This document shows, piece by piece, positions 57,068 through 64,000 of a stretch of 64,000 nucleotides of DNA. A program made the translations under genes and the position numbers. The notes beneath the pieces are model-generated. The model was not told the origin of the DNA, did not search any database, and saw only the letters and a list, made by a program, of their open reading frames with translations. Numbering within the stretch: position 1 is the stretch's first letter; each line of letters starts with the position of its first letter. The DNA lies in the IMG/VR virus record IMGVR_UViG_3300002461_000876, one strand, 5' to 3'. This DNA is from a virus.

Positions 57068-57095
57068 CTCGCGTCGGATCGGAAGCTCAGGACAC
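57068..57095 (-). ncRNA. Inverted partial repeat (anti-repeat)
   Basis: CTCGCGTCGGATCGGAAGCTCAGGACAC matches the reverse complement of the adjacent repeat at 20/28, 36 nt after the last repeat. Confidence 0.5.
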
Positions 57096-57274
57096 TTCCC
57101 CGTTCGCAGATAGCCACCTCGATCCGAAGATTCGGGGCGAGGTTTGACGGCACTCTCCGGGGGCATCACATCGGGCATGCCCTGCCCTAGACCAGCTCGA
57201 TGCCGGCGACGTCGACCCTGCCACGGATCGGCATCGCTCGGCAAGGAAAAGTTTCCGAACCGGTCAGGTGAGTT

Positions 57275-57784
57275 CTAGCTTCCAAGGAGCGGGGATCGAA
57301 TGATCATGTCGTAGCAACCCGTCGCATCTCCAGCGAACCGATTCCTCTCCCAGTGAGCTTCCAGGATCAGGAAGCCTCTCGCCATGGCCCATTCCAGTAC
57401 GTCTCCGACCGGAACGAAGGCCCACGGCTCTGGCTCGTGATGCTGATTTCCTTCCGCTCCCCAGCTCAGCAGAAGTGTCCCGCCTGGCTTCAACCACTTC
57501 ATGTTGTGGTCCAGCGAATCTCTCCAGTTCGGGTCGTGCTCGAGCATCGACGTGCAGACGATGCAGGAGAACAGCTGGAAGAACCCTGTCTGATTCGCAT
57601 CGCAGACGAGGTCGACGCCGGGTCCCGCAGTTCGATCGACGCCGACGTACAGATCGGATGACAGGTACAGCCTCGCCGATCCGTTGTAGTCGAACGATCC
57701 TAGCTCGAGGATCCCGCCGAACCTCCAGAGGTGGCCGTAGGTCAACTGTGCGTAAGTGAGCCACTCTCGGTTGCCCTGATGCAT
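57275..57784 (-). CDS. Class I SAM-dependent methyltransferase
   Basis: ILELGSFDYNGS, YVGVD...GPGVDLVCDA, TSMLEHD. Confidence 0.85.
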   Translation of the reverse strand: MHQGNREWLTYAQLTYGHLWRFGGILELGSFDYNGSARLYLSSDLYVGVDRTAGPGVDLVCDANQTGFFQLFSCIVCTSMLEHDPNWRDSLDHNMKWLKPGGTLLLSWGAEGNQHHEPEPWAFVPVGDVLEWAMARGFLILEAHWERNRFAGDATGCYDMIIRSPLLGS

Positions 57785-57795
57785 GGATCTGGATC

Positions 57796-58632
57796 CTAGA
57801 TCTTGAGGAAGGTTCCGTCTCTTCGCATCATCCCGGACCACGTAGGACCAGGATCGGCCCACGATCGACGATATCTCCGGAAGGGAACCACTCGATCGAT
57901 GGCCTGGATTGGAACGACGAAGGATGGCTTCTCGTCGCCCTCCTCGAACCATTCCACGCTCCCGTGAGTGGAGTTCCAGAACGCGGTCGATCTGTCGTCG
58001 AGCCAGTCGACGAGACCGAACGACGACTGAACGATGGCCTGGGACATCGCGACTTGGCCATAGTAGCCAGAACGGTAGCCAGGATCGGAAGAGAACACAG
58101 GGGATCCGTTCCAACCCTTCCGGATCGATGCCCGGATCGACTCCGCTTCAACCGCTCCGATGAAGACAGTGGCGGTTGGAAGTGCTGGGGATGACTCCAA
58201 GCTCCAGTCCCAGACGGCCCCCGCGACCATGCCACTTGCTTGGATTCGATCGATCATCCACGCGTCGAAGTCGTCCGATGCGAAGATGTAGTCGTCCTCG
58301 ATCAAGATGAAGTGGGAGGCTTCGGGAGATGCTTCGATCGTGTCGACGTAGGCGCCGTAGCTCATGCCAACGTTGGGTCGAAGCATCACCCGGACCGGTA
58401 CACCTCGGATCTCTCGAGGGATCTCGTCCATCCACGACAGGTCGCCATGGGCGACCGTGCCCGTCACCGTCGTACTGTGAGCGATCGTGATCCGATCGAC
58501 GCTGTGGCTGAGTCGGGACAGGCTCTCGAGGTGCTGCTTCAGCAGCCACGATCTGTCGATCTCGTACTGCTGGGTCTTGTCGATACGAGACCCCATGTAC
58601 GATGCGATGACGTACTCGACGTGACGTGCCAT
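57796..58632 (-). CDS. GT-A fold glycosyltransferase-like protein
   Basis: NVGMSYGAY, FILIEDDYIF. Confidence 0.65.
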   Translation of the reverse strand: MARHVEYVIASYMGSRIDKTQQYEIDRSWLLKQHLESLSRLSHSVDRITIAHSTTVTGTVAHGDLSWMDEIPREIRGVPVRVMLRPNVGMSYGAYVDTIEASPEASHFILIEDDYIFASDDFDAWMIDRIQASGMVAGAVWDWSLESSPALPTATVFIGAVEAESIRASIRKGWNGSPVFSSDPGYRSGYYGQVAMSQAIVQSSFGLVDWLDDRSTAFWNSTHGSVEWFEEGDEKPSFVVPIQAIDRVVPFRRYRRSWADPGPTWSGMMRRDGTFLKI

Positions 58633-58639
58633 GAAGATC

Positions 58640-59563
58640 CTATCGGAGAAGGAACTCGGTCCCTGGGACGAGGTAGTCGTCGATGCATCGACGCGTTGTG
58701 AAGTTCATCAGCTCAGCTGTCGCGTCTCTCGAGATCCGAAACGCCTCCTCTTGGGACAGATCGACGATCTTGACGACGACTCCGTACGCCGTGTCGACGG
58801 ACGCTCTCCATGGAAGGACGATGCAGTTCTCGCTCGATAGCGGCCAGTGATCTCCATCCTCGGTGACGAGGACCGCCGACGTCGACGCCGCCTGGAACAG
58901 CCTCCACGTACTGTAGGATGCGACGTCGTAGTGATAGATGTTGAGGACGACCTTGGCTCGGTTGACCTCGCGAAGAAGTCCTGCGCCGAACAAGCTGCTC
59001 AGGTCACGGTATCCCTTCCCCATTCCGAACGAAGACAGCTTGGAGAAGAAATCAGGTCGCTTCCCTACCCGAGAACCGTAGAAGCACGCCTCGTCTCGCT
59101 TCTCGACTGCGAAGTCCGGAACTCCCATCGTGGACGGGTTCATTCCGTGCGGAAGAACGAAGGTTGGACGGCCGGTCTCTCGACCGATCTGCTGCGCCAT
59201 CCATGGTGTGTGGAGGCCGATGGCGTCCAGATGGACAGACCGGAGGAGGAGGCGATCGAAGTCCGCTCGGTGCTCAGGGGCGAGGCGGGTCAAGTCGGGG
59301 TCGTACGCCTCGAAGAACATCCCCGCGACGGCAGCTCGTCGATCGCTTGGGATCTCCGCGATCGTGTCCGGAGTCCAGTGCAGGAGCAGAGACCTCGAGT
59401 CACGAAGTTCCGCGAAGACTTCGTCGAAGCGATCCGCATCGTGAACTGAAAGCCAAGGAGTCGACTGATCGATGTAGGCGAGACGAAGATCGATGAAGGA
59501 TGCGTTGCGCGGGAAGAATACGGCGTAGTGCGCACCGGTCTGGGGATGAACGTCTCTGCCCAT
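58640..59563 (-). CDS. Glycosyltransferase (CgeB/YkvP-like GT-B)
   Basis: CFYGSRVGKR, LLREVNRAKVVLNI, RLFQAAS...LVTE. Confidence 0.7.
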   Translation of the reverse strand: MGRDVHPQTGAHYAVFFPRNASFIDLRLAYIDQSTPWLSVHDADRFDEVFAELRDSRSLLLHWTPDTIAEIPSDRRAAVAGMFFEAYDPDLTRLAPEHRADFDRLLLRSVHLDAIGLHTPWMAQQIGRETGRPTFVLPHGMNPSTMGVPDFAVEKRDEACFYGSRVGKRPDFFSKLSSFGMGKGYRDLSSLFGAGLLREVNRAKVVLNIYHYDVASYSTWRLFQAASTSAVLVTEDGDHWPLSSENCIVLPWRASVDTAYGVVVKIVDLSQEEAFRISRDATAELMNFTTRRCIDDYLVPGTEFLLR

Positions 59564-59584
59564 GCAGGACTCTTGCTTGTGGGT

Positions 59585-60136
59585 TCAGCGTGACCAGACG
59601 AGAAGATGCTGGTTCTGGTCGGGTGACTGCTCACGTGGAAGGTCCTTGGGACCCACCGCGATGTTCCACCGCGACTCGTCGAAGTCGCTGGGGTAGAGGT
59701 AGGACCGGTGGGTTTCCATCGGGTTGCCGCCATCGGGGCCCTGCTCGTGGATCCCGTGAGGCATCTCGGCGATGACCATGGCGCGGCTCGCCAGTGACTC
59801 GAGGATGCTCAGTGCTGTCGCCTTGTCGACATGCTCTGGGCCCTGAAGCCAGATCACCACGGTGGGATGATCTGCGTGGGGCACGGCAATGAAGTCCTGG
59901 ATCGTCGCCTGGAAGACCTTCGCCTCGGGATAGACCTGCCTTGCCCATTCGGCGTTGGGTGCGAACGGTTCGACGATCATCACGCGACCACCGGTGGCGA
60001 TGACATGCTGATGGAATGGCAACTCTCGGTGGGTCTTCACACCGACCAACAGAAGGGTTGCGCCGTCGAGGAATCCGAGATCGGAAAGGAACCGACGCTC
60101 GGCGAGATACCCTGTGTCCCAGACTTCGTACGTCAT
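59585..60136 (-). CDS. Methyltransferase-like protein
   Basis: LLLVGV, IVEPFAPNAEWAR, QATIQDF, GPEHVDK. Confidence 0.6.
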   Translation of the reverse strand: MTYEVWDTGYLAERRFLSDLGFLDGATLLLVGVKTHRELPFHQHVIATGGRVMIVEPFAPNAEWARQVYPEAKVFQATIQDFIAVPHADHPTVVIWLQGPEHVDKATALSILESLASRAMVIAEMPHGIHEQGPDGGNPMETHRSYLYPSDFDESRWNIAVGPKDLPREQSPDQNQHLLVWSR

Positions 60137-60140
60137 CGAT

Positions 60141-60908
60141 CTACGTTCCTGGGATCGAGCGTATCACGTCGATCCCGTAGTAGGGGTGGTCGTTCATGAT
60201 CTTGTCGATCTCGAGCTTGACCTCTGGAGGTGTCGGATGCGCCTTGTCCCATAGATTGTTGACGACCGGGTGGAGATCTGCGTCTTCCGGTTGCCACTTC
60301 ACGAACCGCTCACGCCAGCCAGGTCTGAGCTCGGCCTGGTGGCCGTGACACGTCCACTTGTACCCCATGAGGTTCTCGCACTGCGCGTATCCGAAGTGCA
60401 AGACCTTGAGGTGATCGGGAAGCCGCCCTGTCGACCCGGCGCGGTGCCTCTGGTCGACGACCCTGATCGGAGCGAACGCATCCAGGACCATGTAGTCGAA
60501 GGACCTCCAGAAGTTCCAGAAGTTCGCCATCCACGCATAGGCACTGTTGCTGTTGGCGACGTGATCCAACGCCATCTCAGCATGGCCCTCAGGCCAGATC
60601 TCGTCCGCGTCCACGACGAGGACCTGGCAAGGCCCGTGCTTCTGCTGGATCGTCCTCAGCGCTTCCTCTCGGTGATGATGCTCGCTGTTCCATCTCCCCT
60701 CGATCCAGTGGACCGGCTTGGTCGCGAATCGAAGCGCCTGAGCCTTGAGTTCCTCGCGGGTGTCCGGACATGGGTACGGAGACTTGAATCCGTAGCTTGG
60801 GACGTCCGTGTAGAAGATGTAGATCGCATCGACTGCGTCTTGAATCGATCGGATCGACCAGGCGAGGTACTCCTTGCCGTAGTGGATCGCGTAGTAGGCA
60901 ACCTTCAT
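60141..60908 (-). CDS. Glycosyltransferase family 2-like protein
   Basis: YLAWSIRSIQDAVDAIYI, LVVDADEIW. Confidence 0.75.
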   Translation of the reverse strand: MKVAYYAIHYGKEYLAWSIRSIQDAVDAIYIFYTDVPSYGFKSPYPCPDTREELKAQALRFATKPVHWIEGRWNSEHHHREEALRTIQQKHGPCQVLVVDADEIWPEGHAEMALDHVANSNSAYAWMANFWNFWRSFDYMVLDAFAPIRVVDQRHRAGSTGRLPDHLKVLHFGYAQCENLMGYKWTCHGHQAELRPGWRERFVKWQPEDADLHPVVNNLWDKAHPTPPEVKLEIDKIMNDHPYYGIDVIRSIPGT

Positions 60909-60927
60909 GACTTTCGTTCTCCTCTTT

Positions 60928-61440
60928 CTACCGTGACTCGGATCGGGCATGGATCATCGAGATGACCTCATCGACCACGATCCGATCGTCGACTCTCTCA
61001 GGGCCGACGCTGGTTCGAGATGTCTCGACGAAGCCCAGCTTGTGGTACAGGCTTCTCGCCGTTGCGTTACTCGCGAGGACCTCGATCCACGGGATCTTGC
61101 CCTGGATCTTCGACTCCGCAACCAAGAATCCGAACACCAGTCTCCCGTAGCCCTTGCCTCGGAATCCAGGATCCATCGCTGCCGTGAGTGCGGCGTAGTC
61201 GGACATCGGATCCCAGGCGATGAGTCCGTATCCGACCGTGACAGGGGATCCGACATCGACGGCGGACTCGACGAGGTAGAGCGTCTTCTCTCCGCTCTTC
61301 ACCCACCGATCGAACCACTGACGCTGCTGATCCTCGGTGATCATTTCTCGATGTCGTGTCATGTACATGCGAGCTGCGTTCCTGATCGGAAGCACAGACA
61401 TCGCATCTTCGACACAGGAAGCCTCTCGGATCGTAGTCAT
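60928..61440 (-). CDS. GNAT N-acetyltransferase (PseH-like)
   Basis: IRN...ITEDQQRQWF, FRGKGYGR, VLASNATARSLYHKLGF. Confidence 0.85.
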   Translation of the reverse strand: MTTIREASCVEDAMSVLPIRNAARMYMTRHREMITEDQQRQWFDRWVKSGEKTLYLVESAVDVGSPVTVGYGLIAWDPMSDYAALTAAMDPGFRGKGYGRLVFGFLVAESKIQGKIPWIEVLASNATARSLYHKLGFVETSRTSVGPERVDDRIVVDEVISMIHARSESR

Positions 61441-62534
61441 CGCCTCGCCGATCTGATCGTCGCGTCGATCACACGATCCATGTCGCTACTGGAGAGCCAC
61501 CAGCCTACCGGAATGGCGACCTGGTGCTTGGAGAAGTGGTCGAGTCCGGCCAGGTTGGGGCTGGCGATGGATGAGTTTCGGAACGCGTCGTGTTTGTCGT
61601 TCCTCGCATGGACTGGACTCGTGTCGATGCCCAAGTCCTTCATCTTGGAGGAGAAGTCCTCAACGTCATCCACGAGGATCGTGTAGATCCACCAGCTGCT
61701 CTCAGGATCCCATTTTGGCTCGATGATCCCGTTCATGCCGCCGAGCTCGAGGCATAGAGTTTTGGCGTTCGATCGGTGACGCTCGAGGATGTCGTCCAGG
61801 CCAACGGCGTTGGCGATTCCGATCGTCGCAGCAACGTCGTTCATGTGGTACTTGTAGCCGACCTCCTCGATGTTCTGCTCGCATCGAAAGGACTTCGATC
61901 CTCTTCGATCGAGGCCATACCACCGGAGAAGCCTGGCCCGATCCAGCTGATGATCGGGGACGCAGATCGCTCCTCCGTCGACCGTCGTCAGGTGCTTGAT
62001 CGCTTGGAAAGAGAAGCAGACGTAGTCCCCGCCGACTCCGCTTGCGACGTGGTGACCATCGATCGTGGTCCCAACCGCATGTGCAGCATCCTCGATGACC
62101 GGGATCCCGAAGGACTTGAGCGCTGCGTAGTCGCACGATCGTCCGCCCCAGTCGACCGCCATGATCGCCTTGACGTGATCGTTGATGTTCTTGCTGACGT
62201 CGATCGGATCCAGGTTTCCGTTCCACTTGTTGACGTCGCAGAACACAGGAGTCGCGCCTCGTCGAACGATCACGCCGTTGGTCGCGGTGCATGTCTGGGC
62301 CGTCGTGATGACCTGGTCCCCGGGCCCGACCCCGCACAGATGAAGGGCAAGATCAAGAGCAGCGGTTCCACTGCATATGGTGAGAGCTGGTCTTCCGAAT
62401 CGATGCTCGAGCACTTCTTCGAACTGATCGACTCGAGGACCTTGACCGATGTACCCGGACATCAGGACGCCCCGAACCTGATCCGGAACCTCCTCTCGCA
62501 TGTAGACCTTGAAGAGTGGGATGGTGATATCCAT
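61437..62534 (-). CDS. DegT/DnrJ/EryC1/StrS PLP sugar aminotransferase
   Basis: SGTAAL, IEDAAHA, FSFQAIKHLTTVDGG, GYKYHM. Confidence 0.93.
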   Translation of the reverse strand: MDITIPLFKVYMREEVPDQVRGVLMSGYIGQGPRVDQFEEVLEHRFGRPALTICSGTAALDLALHLCGVGPGDQVITTAQTCTATNGVIVRRGATPVFCDVNKWNGNLDPIDVSKNINDHVKAIMAVDWGGRSCDYAALKSFGIPVIEDAAHAVGTTIDGHHVASGVGGDYVCFSFQAIKHLTTVDGGAICVPDHQLDRARLLRWYGLDRRGSKSFRCEQNIEEVGYKYHMNDVAATIGIANAVGLDDILERHRSNAKTLCLELGGMNGIIEPKWDPESSWWIYTILVDDVEDFSSKMKDLGIDTSPVHARNDKHDAFRNSSIASPNLAGLDHFSKHQVAIPVGWWLSSSDMDRVIDATIRSARR

Positions 62535-62544
62535 TCGATTCCTC

Positions 62545-63333
62545 CTACAGAGCTGCGTCGATTTCGCTTCGGAACGTCCGGCGGACACAGAGCTCCTGAA
62601 ACAGAGCTTCGCCTCGGACCTGACGATCAGGAGACCGGATCAGATCCACTGTGGCGCTGATCAGGCCTTGGTAGGGAACGTGGACGATCGAACCATCATC
62701 GAGAGGGTAAGGATCCTGGATCGACTCGGAGACGATCGGAAGCGAGTAGGCTGCGGCGATGGCGAAGCGCAGAGGTGCGTAGACCGGAGCCTCATACTGC
62801 TGGACGTTGAGCATCACCTTCGAGCTTCGAAGGATCCGATCCCTGTCCTCGCCCCACGCATTCGGTCCCTCGATGAGTCCGGACAGCTTGAGGCCTTCGA
62901 CGATCGGAGATCGTCGACCCCAGACATAGCTCTGGTGTGTGAAGTCGAACTGGGTCGGAAGCGGATCGTTCCCGAATCCAGGATGAGAAGCCAGGCAGAC
63001 GTAGCGGAACGATGGATGCCGGGTCGCCGTCCATCGGTCACTGACCCAGATCTCGTCGACGCGCTGGATCATGCGATCGATCGATCCGTCGGTCAGTATC
63101 GGCGTCCCATCGAGACGTTCGAGGAACCACCAGATGATGATGGCTCGTCTCGATATGCATCGATCCAGGATCGGACCCATCTCTCCGTTGTTCGGCGTGA
63201 AGATGTAGACCGCGAACTTGTCCGGATCGATCTCGTCCACCCAACACGTCTCGTACCCGGAGAGTTCGACGAGCCTCCAGAAGTCGGAGTAGGAGTCGTA
63301 GGAGTGGCGAGTCTTCGCGAAGATCACGGTCAT
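62545..63333 (-). CDS. Glycosyltransferase-like protein (CgeB-like)
   Basis: WGEDRDRILRSSKVMLNV, RFAIAAAYSLPIVSE. Confidence 0.65.
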   Translation of the reverse strand: MTVIFAKTRHSYDSYSDFWRLVELSGYETCWVDEIDPDKFAVYIFTPNNGEMGPILDRCISRRAIIIWWFLERLDGTPILTDGSIDRMIQRVDEIWVSDRWTATRHPSFRYVCLASHPGFGNDPLPTQFDFTHQSYVWGRRSPIVEGLKLSGLIEGPNAWGEDRDRILRSSKVMLNVQQYEAPVYAPLRFAIAAAYSLPIVSESIQDPYPLDDGSIVHVPYQGLISATVDLIRSPDRQVRGEALFQELCVRRTFRSEIDAAL

Positions 63334-63998
63334 GTCCGAGAACCCCTCACCGCAGCGACGAGGGCTGCGAGTTCTTGGACTCGAACACTCCACGTGTGAT
63401 GAGATCTTGCGAGATCTGATCCCATCATGCCGATGTTCCTCAGGTCATCCCTTCGCGATGGTTCGATCCAGTGACGGATCTTCTCGACCAAGTCCTGGCA
63501 CGTGTCCCATGCGATGCAGTTCTCTCCGTCGACGAGTCCGAGGCCCTCTTGGTCCTCAAACCTTCGGACGAGAGTAGGAGTCCCACACGCCAAGGATCGG
63601 AAGAGGCGATCTGATGTGTATCGAGCAAGTCGGTTGGTCAACGAGATCGACACAGCCATCAGACTCTCTCGATACACCTTCCCGGAACTACGCTGAGGGA
63701 TGGACTCGGTCTTCGGACCCCATCCACCTCCGTAGATCCCAGATCTTGGGATGGATCGAAGGGCGTTGACCACGTCCCGGCGAAGCTGGGCCTCGCTTCC
63801 CGGAAGCGCATCGTAGCGACGATGATAGTCTTGCCCCATGAACACGACGTCATGGCGAGCGCCCCACTGTTCGTCTCCGGGGTGGTACCGGTCTTCGTCG
63901 TATCCGATCTGAAGGTAGGCAGCGTTCTCCATGCCGCGCTCACGATGGAGACGCACCTGTCCTGTGCCGGTGAAGAGCATCAGATCAGCGTGTGGCCA
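63330..63998 (-). CDS. Glycosyltransferase (CgeB/YkvP-like), 5' end beyond the window
   Basis: DVVFMG, YTSDRLFRSLACGTPTL; frame open to the window edge. Confidence 0.8.
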   Translation of the reverse strand, partial: WPHADLMLFTGTGQVRLHRERGMENAAYLQIGYDEDRYHPGDEQWGARHDVVFMGQDYHRRYDALPGSEAQLRRDVVNALRSIPRSGIYGGGWGPKTESIPQRSSGKVYRESLMAVSISLTNRLARYTSDRLFRSLACGTPTLVRRFEDQEGLGLVDGENCIAWDTCQDLVEKIRHWIEPSRRDDLRNIGMMGSDLARSHHTWSVRVQELAALVAAVRGSRT

Positions 63999-64000
63999 CA

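Noticed and set aside
56648-57095. TIGR array or a complete CRISPR-Cas locus
   Set aside because: There is no dual 9-nt spacer or box C/D layout, and no Nop-domain or recognisable Cas protein nearby.

Overview
A GC-rich, tightly packed region that reads as part of a large bacteriophage or prophage genome. No capsid, terminase or integrase gene is visible, so the phage identity is inferred from gene content and ATGA/GTGA-overlapped operons. Transcription runs in four blocks: + (1-37.0 kb), - (37.07-46.03 kb), + (46.3-53.2 kb) and - (53.2-64 kb). Recognisable phage-type genes include XRE and PadR regulators, two ASCH-like genes, DUF927, an RNA ligase-like protein, an AAA ATPase, Lar, MazG-like, a RecD/Dda helicase, a Pol-beta nucleotidyltransferase, SLOG/DUF2493, an ART-like protein, zincins, a Gp88-like protein, tRNA-Arg(TCT) and tRNA-Pro(TGG). 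Cys-rich lipoproteins suggest a myxobacterial (Nannocystis-like) host, which is inference. Standout structures: (1) a 7,806-bp cargo transposon (11916-19721) with 15-bp IS903-like terminal inverted repeats, a 9-bp target duplication, asymmetric multi-site ends, a SWIM-DDE transposase and defence-like cargo, which splits a resident gene; (2) a cas-less CRISPR-like array of 36-nt hairpin repeats with an inverted anti-repeat (56.65-57.10 kb), inside (3) a GDP-fucose/amino-sugar glycosylation cluster; (4) four copies of a covarying ~65-nt hairpin leader, each just upstream of a start codon; (5) a direct-repeat-flanked hairpin next to an orphan DNA polymerase A C-terminal fragment; (6) a widely expanded modular protein family. 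Family assignments are from motif recognition by eye; no database searches were run.
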